64,000 nt of DNA from a virus (taxonomy: Duplodnaviria > Caudoviricetes): IMG/VR virus record IMGVR_UViG_3300005611_000007, positions 62,921 through 126,920 of that record. The stretch is one strand, 5' to 3'. Under the pieces are notes generated by a model. The model made no database searches. It was not told the origin of the DNA and worked only from the letters and a program-made list of their open reading frames with translations. Of this stretch, positions 48,190 to 58,520 are shown one piece after another (position 1 is the first letter of the stretch; the number at the start of each line of letters is the position of its first letter). The position numbers and the translations under genes were made by a program.

Positions 48190-48911
48190 ACTGTCCTCTT
48201 TGCAAATGTAAGCATATTTTTATAGGATTTTTCATCTTTCATCATTTCACTTTCCATACGCTTACGATTTTCCGGATTTAATTCCTTGAGAACAGCATTG
48301 AATGCAGCAGCATCTTCTTTTGTTACCTTTACTGACTTGCCGTTATCTAATTTAATTGTTCCTGCTTTTACTGCTTCATCAATAAACTCAACTTCTTCTT
48401 TCATCAATTTGTCATAATTCTTTTTTAGATATTGATTTGCCGAATCCATATCTTTAAATGTTTTTGCAATTTTTCCAGAGCTAGTCATCACATGTTTACC
48501 GTCTCGATCAGATGAAACATACGGCTTTATTTTTGCTTCATCAAGGTCAACTTCTTCTTTTACAGAACCTGACTTGAAGTCACCCTGTCTCTTATCACCT
48601 TTACGAAGAGATGTTTTTGTAATTTTCTCTCTAAACTTAGCAAATTTTACGTCACCAGAAGTACCTTGTTTTACTACTGGTTCACCAGGATGTTCAGCAC
48701 CTTTATGTTTGTTGTGTGATGTCTTAGCTACATGTTGATCTTCTGGAGCAGCTGGATGATTGCTTACTTCAACAGAGTGTAAATCAACAAACTCAATCTC
48801 ACCATCAGATCTAGGCTGATATTCTAGTGCTTCTTCGTCGTCATCTGGATCGACAACATAATCGTCAGCGCCAGCTTCTTGGATCTTTCTGAGTTGTTTA
48901 AGCGTTTTCAT
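48186..48911 (-). CDS. prohead core-like protein with capsid-targeting-like N-terminus
   Basis: MKTLKQLRKIQE; KEEVDLDE and KEEVEFIDE linkers; start re-called. Confidence 0.55.
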   Translation of the reverse strand: MKTLKQLRKIQEAGADDYVVDPDDDEEALEYQPRSDGEIEFVDLHSVEVSNHPAAPEDQHVAKTSHNKHKGAEHPGEPVVKQGTSGDVKFAKFREKITKTSLRKGDKRQGDFKSGSVKEEVDLDEAKIKPYVSSDRDGKHVMTSSGKIAKTFKDMDSANQYLKKNYDKLMKEEVEFIDEAVKAGTIKLDNGKSVKVTKEDAAAFNAVLKELNPENRKRMESEMMKDEKSYKNMLTFAKRTV

Positions 48912-49086
48912 AAGAATCTTCCTCGGAACTGTATAGAGTAGATGCAATACGCATTTTCTCTGAATCTATTTTTTCGTTTGCTTTGAATGCAAGAACATCA
49001 TTAATAATATCTCTAAACTTAGAAGTCTCGTTATTTTCCAAATGCCGTAAAGCATCACTTAAACTGTCTTGTGCATCCATAGTCAT
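48898..49086 (-). CDS. small prohead core protein (gp67-like position)
   Basis: Late promoter 49099-49106; AAGGAG RBS; synteny. Confidence 0.55.
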   Translation of the reverse strand: MTMDAQDSLSDALRHLENNETSKFRDIINDVLAFKANEKIDSEKMRIASTLYSSEEDSYENA

Positions 49087-49118
49087 TCTCCTTTCATTTA
49101 TTTATAATATTTATTATA

Positions 49119-50690
49119 TTAAGTAAAATAAGGTACTTTATAACTAGTTCCACCAATATTAAACGTTAAATAACCGTTTGGATTGGCTACTATACTATCA
49201 TCTGGAGTTAGTGTTCCTAATGATGTTGTTACATCGCCTGGTGTTGCTGTAATTGTAACATTGGCTGAAGAAAATTTACTAGCAATACTATTTGTTACAG
49301 TAGTAGCAAAGTTAGGATCATCTCCTAAAGCTGCTGCTAACTCATTTAGTGTATCTAGAGTGCTTGGTGCAGAGTCTACTAAATTTGTAATTTCGGTTCT
49401 AACAAATGCTGTAGTAGCGATTTGAGTTGTATTGGTCGCCGCCGCTGCTGTAGGAGCTGCTGGAGTTCCTGTAAATGTTGGTGATGCTATATTTGCTTTA
49501 GTCGCAATATAAGAGTTGGTATTGGCAAGAGTTGTTTGGAATACAGTATTTGTTACATATGTGCCACCTACCGTTGATTCTGTTTGTACTGCTGTTACAC
49601 TACCACCCTCTACAGTAGTGTACCAACCACTAGAGTTAGCGAAAAGAGTAGAGTTATTACCAACATATATTGTGCCGCCAGAAATATAAAGATCTCTAAA
49701 TCTCTTTGAAGAAGTACCCAAGTCATAAGTTACATCTTGGTCTGGTATAATATGTTGAGTTGTAATTGTAGTAGTAAAGTTATTACTAGAACCACTAGCA
49801 GTATTTGCTTCCCACTTACCTTTAGTGGCATTATATACTAATGCTTGACCGTCTGATGGACTTTTAACAGTATTATAGTCCACATCATCTAGACGATGTA
49901 ACCAGACTTCACCAGATCCAGAAGATCCACCACTTCTACTAGATAATGCTAATCTTGTTACTTGGGCACTTATAGAATCTCTAAAGTTTTTTAAGCCTTC
50001 TTCTAGTTCTTGTTTAAGAGGTTTTAGATCAACAAGTCTACCATCTGCCCCCGGCGGTCCGATTGGCCCTGGGATCCCTTGTTCGCCTCTATCACCTTTA
50101 TCGCCTCTGGGTCCCACAGGTCCGATATCGCCTTTTTCACCTGGGACTCCTTTTTCTCCTTTTTCTCCTTTTTCGCCCTGTGGTCCTTGAATCCCTTGAA
50201 TACCGACTGGTCCTCTAGCGCCCACATCGCCTTTATCGCCTTTATCACCTTTATCTCCTTTCGGTCCTTGTGGACCCGGAATACCTTGTTCACCTTGAGG
50301 TCCTACGGGACCGACTGGACCTTGTTCACCAAGATCCCCTTTTGGTCCTCTACCGCCTCTTGGTCCAACAACTTCACCAACTTCTAGTTGCTCGCCATCA
50401 GAGAAATTTAAGATTAAACGATTTTCGAATATTCCTGCTTTGAGTATAGCATTGCCAGCGTCACCTTTATCGCCTTTGTCTCCTTTCTCACCTTTAGGAC
50501 CAACGGCTTCTACAATGACAGACTCAGCAGCATCACCACGATCACCCTTTGGACCTTGCGGTCCAGGTGGTCCTTCGATAGTTTTGATCTCTTCTATCTC
50601 TTCACGTAGTTCTTTTACGTTTTTAGAGATTTCTTGTTTAGCAAGTTTTAGAGATGCTGCTAATAACTTGGCGTTTTCTATGTCTTTCAT
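49119..50690 (-). CDS. collagen-repeat fibre-like protein
   Basis: Long Gly-X-Y runs; C-terminal SPTFTGTPAAP...LDTLNELAAALGDDPNFATT fibre motif. Confidence 0.8.
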   Translation of the reverse strand: MKDIENAKLLAASLKLAKQEISKNVKELREEIEEIKTIEGPPGPQGPKGDRGDAAESVIVEAVGPKGEKGDKGDKGDAGNAILKAGIFENRLILNFSDGEQLEVGEVVGPRGGRGPKGDLGEQGPVGPVGPQGEQGIPGPQGPKGDKGDKGDKGDVGARGPVGIQGIQGPQGEKGEKGEKGVPGEKGDIGPVGPRGDKGDRGEQGIPGPIGPPGADGRLVDLKPLKQELEEGLKNFRDSISAQVTRLALSSRSGGSSGSGEVWLHRLDDVDYNTVKSPSDGQALVYNATKGKWEANTASGSSNNFTTTITTQHIIPDQDVTYDLGTSSKRFRDLYISGGTIYVGNNSTLFANSSGWYTTVEGGSVTAVQTESTVGGTYVTNTVFQTTLANTNSYIATKANIASPTFTGTPAAPTAAAATNTTQIATTAFVRTEITNLVDSAPSTLDTLNELAAALGDDPNFATTVTNSIASKFSSANVTITATPGDVTTSLGTLTPDDSIVANPNGYLTFNIGGTSYKVPYFT

Positions 50691-52339
50691 CAGACTTCCT
50701 CATCATCATTCATCTCTATATTTTCTAATAAGGATGTCATTTTACTAACGAGTTTTTTATCTTCTTCTGACATTTCTATTGGTTGAAATTCTTCTATTAC
50801 TGTATTCGCGTTTATAGATTCCATTGGAGTATCATCTTGATTGTTATCTTCATCATCATTCATAGGACTATCAGGATCATCAGATTCTTCTTTGATCTCT
50901 TTATCCATCTCTTCAATATCCTCTTCAGACATTTGAAGAATTTTCTTACGAACCCAAGCCATTGAGTAGTATTTACCAACAAAACCATCAATCTCATTGG
51001 CAAGAGATAGTCTTTCTCTTAATACTTCTGCTTCTTTTAATTCAGCAAAATAGTTATCATGAGCAAACTCGTAGTAGATATCTTCACGAATTTTTTTCCA
51101 ATCTTTTCTTGATATTACACCTTTTAGAACTAACTGTATTTCTAAAAGATTATCAAATAGATGTGAAAATCTATTTCTAAGTCTTTTTATAAACTTGGAA
51201 AATTTTAACTCATCGCGAGTAATTTCTGTAGATCTACCAAGATTAAACTGATTCTCTGCTTCCATACGTGTGACAGGAACATTCAGAGACTTGTAGAGTT
51301 TACGACGGAAATAATCTACATCGTCCATCTCTCCAAGATTTTGACCGCCTGGAAGTGTAGTAATCTCGGTGCCTCTACCACCTTCTCTACGAGGAAGCCA
51401 GAAATCTTCTAACATTGTCATAAACTTACGATCATCTCTAACTTCACCAGTCGAAGCATCATAGACAAGACGATTCTTATGTTTTGTCATCATGTCTTGT
51501 AGATATTGTTCAGCCTTCATCTTTGGAAGATTGCCTACATCGATATAAAATATTCTACGTTCTGGTGCGCGAGATAAACGATAGATTACAGTTGCGTCTT
51601 CTAACATTCTAAGTTGATTCAATGGTTTGATTGCTTTGTTAAGATGTCCTAGTACAATCTTATTTGATGGATCGTTTATACCACTTGTAACATGACAGAT
51701 AGAATCTTTAGCGATCTTTACCGCGTTTTGAGCGCCTGAAGAAGTAATCCCTTTTGGATGATAGATGTAGTACTCGTTGAACCCTTTATCAACTGTTACC
51801 CTTGTACGAGGATCAGTTTCAGTTATTTTTTCACGTATCTTTTTAATTTTTCTAGGGTCTATTTTACGAAGTTCTTGTATACCATTCCTAGGTTTTGATT
51901 CGTTGACGAGTATGTGATAATATAAACGTCCATCAACATACCATTGTTTGAATATGTCATATCCTTGATTATTGAAGTCGAGAAGTCTTAATACGTTATA
52001 AAATTCTTCTCTAACTTTGTTTTTAAAAGAATCAGAGTATTCCAAATCATCAAGAACAATGTCTATTGGGTTTTCATTGTCCAATACGATTGATTCGTTT
52101 ACAATATCTTCGATGGCGTTATCACATTCTGGTTGCATAGCCATTTCGCGATAACGTGTTACTAGTTCTCCTTCAGACTTAGCAGAACCTTCTAGATCTA
52201 CATAAGTACCATAAACACCACCAGCAGCGACTTCTACCGCGCCGTCTTCAAAATTAGGTGCAACAAAGGATTTTACATTTTTTTCTTGTTGTTCTTGATT
52301 AGATTTCTCTATCTTAAAACCAAATAGCTCTACTGCCAT
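50690..52339 (-). CDS. 20: portal protein gp20
   Basis: RAPERRIFYIDVGNLPKMKAEQY, EDFWLPRREGGRGTEI; late promoter 52373-52380. Confidence 0.97.
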   Translation of the reverse strand: MAVELFGFKIEKSNQEQQEKNVKSFVAPNFEDGAVEVAAGGVYGTYVDLEGSAKSEGELVTRYREMAMQPECDNAIEDIVNESIVLDNENPIDIVLDDLEYSDSFKNKVREEFYNVLRLLDFNNQGYDIFKQWYVDGRLYYHILVNESKPRNGIQELRKIDPRKIKKIREKITETDPRTRVTVDKGFNEYYIYHPKGITSSGAQNAVKIAKDSICHVTSGINDPSNKIVLGHLNKAIKPLNQLRMLEDATVIYRLSRAPERRIFYIDVGNLPKMKAEQYLQDMMTKHKNRLVYDASTGEVRDDRKFMTMLEDFWLPRREGGRGTEITTLPGGQNLGEMDDVDYFRRKLYKSLNVPVTRMEAENQFNLGRSTEITRDELKFSKFIKRLRNRFSHLFDNLLEIQLVLKGVISRKDWKKIREDIYYEFAHDNYFAELKEAEVLRERLSLANEIDGFVGKYYSMAWVRKKILQMSEEDIEEMDKEIKEESDDPDSPMNDDEDNNQDDTPMESINANTVIEEFQPIEMSEEDKKLVSKMTSLLENIEMNDDEEV

Positions 52340-52395
52340 ATTTTCATTTCCTAAAATGTATTTTGTTTTATCTATTTATAAATGAAGATAAACAT

Positions 52396-52430
52396 AAAAA
52401 AACGGTGGTCTCATAGAAACCACCGTTTTA
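52396..52430 (-). terminator. terminator after gene 19
   Basis: aaaacggtggt/accaccgtttt stem. Confidence 0.7.
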
Positions 52431-52448
52431 ATACTCTACAAACTAATA

Positions 52449-53009
52449 TTAACCAAAGAGCGGGGCAGTTACCTGACCTACAACACCTTGACCAGCTTGC
52501 CAGAAATCGTAAGAGAACGTGACATCAAAAGTTTCAACGGCGTCGTTTGTACCCCAATCAAGTGCAATTGCACCAACTGTTAATGGGAACAGACCGACAA
52601 AGTTGTAAGTTCTGATTGGTTCTCCAGTTTTAGCAAATTGTGTAACAGTAGCATTTGACTTGTACTGTGCGGCTTGCGCTAGAGCGGTAGAACGAATGTT
52701 TGTTTGTAGTCCGTTGATTGCATTTGACCAACGTTCCATTCCATCGCGGATTAGGAAGTCTTCGTCATTCATGACTGTAACTGTCCAATCAGCGAAAGTT
52801 CTGTTACCAGCATATTTGATCTGCCGACCGAAGTAGTTGACTGTAGCTACGCCAAGAGTTGCTTCAGGAATCTGAGCTGCCTGAACCATGAATGAGGTCT
52901 TAATAAATGAACCACGGTCAACTGGATTGTCAATGGTTACTTGAAACAGATTGGGGCGAGCACCACCACCAGTTAGCTGTCCTTGAAACCCTGAAATATT
53001 AAATGCCAT
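52449..53009 (-). CDS. 19: tail tube gp19
   Basis: GGARPNLF, AGNRTFADWTVTV.NDEDF; late promoter 53034-53041. Confidence 0.93.
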   Translation of the reverse strand: MAFNISGFQGQLTGGGARPNLFQVTIDNPVDRGSFIKTSFMVQAAQIPEATLGVATVNYFGRQIKYAGNRTFADWTVTVMNDEDFLIRDGMERWSNAINGLQTNIRSTALAQAAQYKSNATVTQFAKTGEPIRTYNFVGLFPLTVGAIALDWGTNDAVETFDVTFSYDFWQAGQGVVGQVTAPLFG

Positions 53010-53041
53010 TTTATGACTCCTTATCTTTACTTTTATTTATA

Positions 53042-54970
53042 TTAAACTTGACCAACAACTTCACTAAATTCAACACCAGTGCGGACAGCTACGAAGTTTA
53101 GTTGAATAAAGTTGATTGACCGAGCAGGTTTGATAAAGATATCGCCAATAAATTCATTACGATCAATAATTTCAGGAGTATTGTTTGTTTCGTCACAAAC
53201 AACTCTGAAATCTGTGATACCACGGCGACCTTGTACGTCACGGAGGAATGGTTCTACAAGATTAACAAAGTTAGCTCTTGTAAACTCATCGTTGAATTCA
53301 AAGAGTGTAAACTTAGAAGCAGTAGAAATAGCTTTCTCTAGTACAATAAAGAGACGGCGAACATTGATACGATCAAATGCGCTTGGTTTAGCAAGAAGTG
53401 TCTTATCACCAAATAGTACAGTTCCTTGTCCTGGGAATGTAGTAATTGGATTGATGCCCTTCTTATAGAGTTCATCCCTTTCAGCTTTATTAGGTGTGAA
53501 CGCCATTTTAACGACATTCTTGATTTGACCACGGTTGAAACCAGCAGGTGAATACCAAGGATCACGAAGATTGTCTGTGCGAGCCATCGTTCCTGCTACA
53601 TCACCATTAGCTGGAATGTAACGATATACGTCATTGTACTTGTCGTATTGATACTTCCAACCAGAGTCCATGATACCATATGAACTTGATGGTAGAGTAT
53701 CACGATAAGCAATGATGTCTTCTGTTTCTGAACCAGCGTAGAGACGATTGTCTACAACGTCTGTTTTCTCTGGAGAAATAACAGCAACACAGTCTTTACG
53801 AACTTCACATATTTGTTCGATAAGATAACGCGCTCTTACAGAATTAGCAGCAGCACCAAGAAGTATTGTTACGTCTACTTCTTCAGCGTTTTTGAACTTG
53901 TCATATCCTAAGAGATAGTTAGCATTGGTTGGTGTATTACCATCGCGTCCGTTTACAAACGAACTGGTCTGCACATCGGTACCACCAACAAAGGTAACAC
54001 CAGAAGCTTTCTTACCAGCATTTGTATTAGAAGCATTATGTTTAGTCCACCATACATACTGTGACCGATTATTAATAACATCCTTATAGTAATTACTACG
54101 TCCATCTTCTGTCTTAGCATCAGATGCCATAGAAACGGCTGGAAATACTTCAATAACTTGATTCTTTACACCAGTCCATTCACCATCTTCATCTACTACA
54201 GCGATATGCATTTCATCAGCGGTTGCACTAGCAGTGTTAGCATATGTTGAAGTTCCTGGTGCAATATCAAAGAAGTTGTAGAACTCCCAATAACGAGTTG
54301 CAGCATAACCAGTAACTGTGTTGCCAGTATACTTTCTTTCAAGTGTTAGTACTGTTGAGTTGGCAATAGCAGAAACACGAACTTTTTCTTTATCTGGACC
54401 AATTTCTAGTAGGTCACCAACAACTAATTGTGTATTAAAGAAAGTAGATGTACCGGTAACAGTAGTTGTTTGTGTGGTTACAGCAATTGTACCAGAAATA
54501 GCATTTGACCATGCCTGTGCGCTTGGGCATACAGAGATTTTGAGAGAGTTACCCAATTCCCCTGGATATTTTGCAACCCATTCACCAACATTTGAGATAC
54601 CTGTAGAATAGTTATCTTCGTAGTCATCTTCGTTTTTGATGACAGTGTTTAACGTATTTGCAGCGTTTGTTGTTGCATTACGTGCTGAGGTGGTCACAGA
54701 ACTGTTACCAGTTGCTACAACACGAACGACCTGTAATGCATTTGCATATGAGAGGAAGTTAGTTGCTGTGAAGAAGTCTTCCGCAGTATTTGCGTTAGGT
54801 TTCTGGAATGTGCTTACAAGAGCGTTTTCTTGGGAAACTAAAACTCTCTTATCTACTGGACCCCACCGAAAATGTCCAGCAATAGCACCAATAGATGTTG
54901 ATACAGCGGGTACAACAGTAGTAAGATCAATCTCACTAACGTTGACGCCTGGAGAAACTTGGAATGCCAT
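53042..54970 (-). CDS. 18: tail sheath gp18
   Basis: SPGVNVSEIDLT, SAFDRINVRRLF, KPARSINFI; late promoter 55016-55023. Confidence 0.96.
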   Translation of the reverse strand: MAFQVSPGVNVSEIDLTTVVPAVSTSIGAIAGHFRWGPVDKRVLVSQENALVSTFQKPNANTAEDFFTATNFLSYANALQVVRVVATGNSSVTTSARNATTNAANTLNTVIKNEDDYEDNYSTGISNVGEWVAKYPGELGNSLKISVCPSAQAWSNAISGTIAVTTQTTTVTGTSTFFNTQLVVGDLLEIGPDKEKVRVSAIANSTVLTLERKYTGNTVTGYAATRYWEFYNFFDIAPGTSTYANTASATADEMHIAVVDEDGEWTGVKNQVIEVFPAVSMASDAKTEDGRSNYYKDVINNRSQYVWWTKHNASNTNAGKKASGVTFVGGTDVQTSSFVNGRDGNTPTNANYLLGYDKFKNAEEVDVTILLGAAANSVRARYLIEQICEVRKDCVAVISPEKTDVVDNRLYAGSETEDIIAYRDTLPSSSYGIMDSGWKYQYDKYNDVYRYIPANGDVAGTMARTDNLRDPWYSPAGFNRGQIKNVVKMAFTPNKAERDELYKKGINPITTFPGQGTVLFGDKTLLAKPSAFDRINVRRLFIVLEKAISTASKFTLFEFNDEFTRANFVNLVEPFLRDVQGRRGITDFRVVCDETNNTPEIIDRNEFIGDIFIKPARSINFIQLNFVAVRTGVEFSEVVGQV

Positions 54971-55063
54971 TTCTTACTCCTTAGATTAAAACGAACAAAG
55001 ATATCATTTTCTTTTTATTTATATTTTTAACGTTTTTAATAAACTTAGTTAATAAATAGAAAT

Positions 55064-55264
55064 ATGAGAAAAACGGAAGAAACCAGACATAAAATGAGGC
55101 TTGCTAAACTTGGTAAACCCAAGTCTAAAGAAACTCGTATTAAGATGAGTAAGGCACATATGGGCAAATCTCATAGTGAAGAAACTAAAAGAAAAATTAG
55201 TGAGAGTATGAAAAAGAAGTTTCAATCTGTTCTATTCGTTGATCCATGGTCTACCAACGATTAA
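55064..55264 (+). CDS. stand-alone NUMOD3-repeat mini protein
   Basis: Three repeats: TEETRHKMR, SKETRIKMSKAHMGK, HSEETKRKISES. Confidence 0.65.
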   Translation: MRKTEETRHKMRLAKLGKPKSKETRIKMSKAHMGKSHSEETKRKISESMKKKFQSVLFVDPWSTND

Positions 55265-56879
55265 TAAACTGGTCTTTAAGATCTTCTATACTGTAGGGAT
55301 CGTTTACGATCATTTCTGCATCATTTGCCGCATCATATCTAAAACCAAACGGTAACATATCTTCTTCCATCATAGATTCTTTATCTTCTAGTATTCTTTT
55401 TCTAATATCAGTGTTTGTAAGTTCTTTGAAATAATCTTGTCTTACAAGCCATCCAAATAATACTAGACACATTACTAAATCGTCGTGATATCCTTCGTCG
55501 GCTTCAAAAGATTCCTTCTTACTAATGAAATTAGATAACTCTTCAATTATGTCAAAATCTTGTATAATAATTTTTTGATTCTCTACCATATCTTTTAAGG
55601 TAGAACAACCAATTCTTTTGACTTGTTTAGTGGTTCTTACACCATATTGTGGTTTATTGCCAAATCCACTACCAATAATTTGACCAGATCTACCTCTCAT
55701 ATTTGTCATGAAAATATTTTCATATTCCAAGTCTCTATAAAGAATAGAAGCAACTTGTTCGCCGATATCATTTATTTCAACTAAAACAAAAGCATTGTTA
55801 AAGTTCTTAGCTACATTATATACTAACTCTGGATATAAAATAGGTGAAATAGTAGAGTCTTTGAATTTAGCGACAACTCTATATGGTATCTGTGTGATAT
55901 CGATAACAGTGAAAGCTGAGTTATCTCCACCAACGCCACGAGATGTATCGACAGATATTACATACTCGTGTTTTTCTTTTATATCTTCATACTGATCAAA
56001 TCCATTTTTTGAAAATTTAGGGTTGACAAAGGTCAAATTTCGGAGTATATTTACATTGATGAGTGTATTACTACTACCTAAGAATTCGCAAGCAAACTCT
56101 TGATTAAAATCTTCTTCACTTGTATTTGCTATTTGTTCTTCTTTCCACTTCTCATCTCTTCCTGGTGTTTCCCACCAATCAACAGCAATTGGCATAAACT
56201 TACTACGTTCTTCTTCAGCTTCAACCCACATCTTATAGAAATGATTCATACCCGATGGTGTAGAGACAATAATCATTTTTGTCTCTTGACCAGATGAGAT
56301 TGTAGGATATACAGACTTAAAGAATTCACTAGCAATACCATGAGGAACGAAAGCAAACTCATCAAGAAAGACAAGAGAAAATGATTGACCACGAGCAGCA
56401 GAACCCGTAGTAGATGTAGCGAGAATCTTTGATCCATTTTCTAGTTCAATAGAACCTTTATTCCATACAGCAATACCTTGTTGCATCCATAAAGGTAGAT
56501 TCTCATATGCTTTCTTTAATCTATCAAGAAGTTCTCTAGCCAATTCTGCCTTATTGGCAAGTAATGCTACGTTTTTATTTTCATTGAAAAGAACATAATG
56601 AAGAATAAATCCAATGACCGCAGTTGATTTACCAGACTGTCTCGGCATCTTTGTGATAACAAAACGATTATTATTAAACGTATTAATCATTCGTTCTTGA
56701 TATGCATATAGATCTAAAGGAATAAGACCTTTATCTACATGAACAATCTTGACATAATTTTTTACAAAGTATATTGGATCTTGGGCACACTTAATATACT
56801 CTTGAATTTGATCTTGAGTAAATTCGAGATTTACTCCAATTTTCTTTAGATTTGGATTACTAAGATAGGCATCTGACAT
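55251..56879 (-). CDS. 17: terminase large subunit gp17
   Basis: PRQSGKS, LDEFAF, VSTPSG, HDDLVM. Confidence 0.96.
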   Translation of the reverse strand: MSDAYLSNPNLKKIGVNLEFTQDQIQEYIKCAQDPIYFVKNYVKIVHVDKGLIPLDLYAYQERMINTFNNNRFVITKMPRQSGKSTAVIGFILHYVLFNENKNVALLANKAELARELLDRLKKAYENLPLWMQQGIAVWNKGSIELENGSKILATSTTGSAARGQSFSLVFLDEFAFVPHGIASEFFKSVYPTISSGQETKMIIVSTPSGMNHFYKMWVEAEEERSKFMPIAVDWWETPGRDEKWKEEQIANTSEEDFNQEFACEFLGSSNTLINVNILRNLTFVNPKFSKNGFDQYEDIKEKHEYVISVDTSRGVGGDNSAFTVIDITQIPYRVVAKFKDSTISPILYPELVYNVAKNFNNAFVLVEINDIGEQVASILYRDLEYENIFMTNMRGRSGQIIGSGFGNKPQYGVRTTKQVKRIGCSTLKDMVENQKIIIQDFDIIEELSNFISKKESFEADEGYHDDLVMCLVLFGWLVRQDYFKELTNTDIRKRILEDKESMMEEDMLPFGFRYDAANDAEMIVNDPYSIEDLKDQFINRW

Positions 56880-56903
56880 TATATATTAGTATTTCTTTAT
56901 ATA

Positions 56904-57311
56904 TTAAGTAGTATATACAACCCATCCAGTTGTATTATCAGATTGATAAGCATCTTCATCCCAAAAATAATGTTTTTCTGGTCCTGCATCATCGGGCATT
57001 GGAATTGGTGGTTGCCAATCATAATTCTCATCTAGTGTCCACGAAGCATACGGTTGAGTACCATAAAATACATCACCTTCTTCACTATATAAACATCCAA
57101 TACCAGCATACATCTTTCTAAAACTATTATTATAAGATGTTTGAATCCACTTTACACCAGGAGCTATTTCATTTGGTACTGTAGCGTTCAAATGATTAAT
57201 AGCTCTTTGATTATCTCTTACTTCTACATCGTTTTCTAATAATAAGTTGTTGTCACAAGTAGAAACAAAAGTGACAACATTGTTCTCATCTACTTTCGCA
57301 AAATGTGCCAT
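56904..57311 (-). CDS. conserved phage hypothetical protein
   Basis: MAHFAK...WIQTSYN...YAGIG...PYASW. Confidence 0.65.
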   Translation of the reverse strand: MAHFAKVDENNVVTFVSTCDNNLLLENDVEVRDNQRAINHLNATVPNEIAPGVKWIQTSYNNSFRKMYAGIGCLYSEEGDVFYGTQPYASWTLDENYDWQPPIPMPDDAGPEKHYFWDEDAYQSDNTTGWVVYTT

Positions 57312-57336
57312 TTTTATTCTCCTATTATTTTCATAT

Positions 57337-57678
57337 CTATCTTTTTAAAATTCTATCAAACATTAAAGCTAGTAACATAGCAACACATGCTGTCAAAATG
57401 GATTCTGTATACATACCAACATAATTAGATTGATGACTTAAAATATCAGCAACAAGAGTAGCAAATCCAGTTAAAGTTAATGCAAAATATTTATTATGAT
57501 TTATATTAATTAAGGATAATATTACTATAATTACTAAAGCAATTACTGCTGTTTTACTTGCTGTTATATAGTGATTTATTGTAAGTACAGTTAAGTTTCC
57601 TTGCGCCATACAAAGTAAACATGCTAAAAACGGTTCTAGAAACTTTTGTATGAAATAATCGTAATTAGTTTTTATCAT
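57337..57678 (-). CDS. membrane protein
   Basis: Multiple hydrophobic helices. Confidence 0.55.
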   Translation of the reverse strand: MIKTNYDYFIQKFLEPFLACLLCMAQGNLTVLTINHYITASKTAVIALVIIVILSLININHNKYFALTLTGFATLVADILSHQSNYVGMYTESILTACVAMLLALMFDRILKR

Positions 57679-58138
57679 CTTTGTTTTTTAACTTCTCTAT
57701 TTCTTCTGCGTTTTTTGCAATATGATTATGATTAGAATCAATCTTTTCATCTTGTGCAGAATCAATCATTCTTTGTAATCTTCTACCTTTTTCTTCTTCA
57801 CTATCTTTGTGTAATTCAGGATCGACTACTTTTTCTAACTTTAAAAATGGTATTCTTTCATTTGGTACATATCTCCATGTATATCCTTTATCACTGAATA
57901 CACCAAATACAGTTTGTTTGATACCAACTTTTACAATAATAGCATCTGAACCATCAAGAATAACTTTATCACCTTCATTGAAGGCTCGGTTCATTTGAAA
58001 CGCCATACCTTTGGCAAAGTTAGTTACAAAGTCTTTTAACATAAACGCAATAATTGCTGAAATGAGAACAGCAATCCACGGAAGAATCAGAGCCGTTAAA
58101 TCCCCACTAAGAGCTTCAATTGTCTGAACTTCTTGCAT
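57665..58138 (-). CDS. minimal MscS-like mechanosensitive channel protein
   Basis: TM, then FNEGDKVILDG...KVG..QTVF...RYVPN. Confidence 0.6.
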   Translation of the reverse strand: MQEVQTIEALSGDLTALILPWIAVLISAIIAFMLKDFVTNFAKGMAFQMNRAFNEGDKVILDGSDAIIVKVGIKQTVFGVFSDKGYTWRYVPNERIPFLKLEKVVDPELHKDSEEEKGRRLQRMIDSAQDEKIDSNHNHIAKNAEEIEKLKNKDDKN

Positions 58139-58517
58139 TTTTTTCTCCTTGAATAAGTTTTTGAAGATCAGCAGTTGAACCTACAAATAATGCATTGGTT
58201 ACATTCTGCGGTTTATCTTCTTTTGTCTGTAATATATCTTTCTTTTTCTTAGCCAACTCAAGGAGATCTTTGTTTGTATCAGTTAATGTTTTAAGTAAAT
58301 TTGTCGCCACTTCAAATGCTCTTGGAGATTCACTCTGTCGAGCAATTTCCATAACTCTATCTAAATCACCCATTCCAGAGTCAATTAGATCTCTTAAATT
58401 ACGTCTAGCATAGTCGTAATCATCTTCTATTTGTTTATTAATATTAGGTTCTATAACCTCCACTTCATTAGGAGGATCTATGTTTAGTACATGACTGAAT
58501 TTAGAATCGAAACTCAT
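58116..58517 (-). CDS. 16: terminase small subunit gp16
   Basis: DDYDYARRNL, ESPRAFEV, LFVGSTADLQK. Confidence 0.92.
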   Translation of the reverse strand: MSFDSKFSHVLNIDPPNEVEVIEPNINKQIEDDYDYARRNLRDLIDSGMGDLDRVMEIARQSESPRAFEVATNLLKTLTDTNKDLLELAKKKKDILQTKEDKPQNVTNALFVGSTADLQKLIQGEKNARSSDN

Positions 58518-58520
58518 AAA

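Noticed and set aside
50000-50580. 9-bp periodic repeats that could suggest a CRISPR or tandem array
   Set aside because: They are explained by collagen Gly-X-Y coding; there is no repeat-spacer structure
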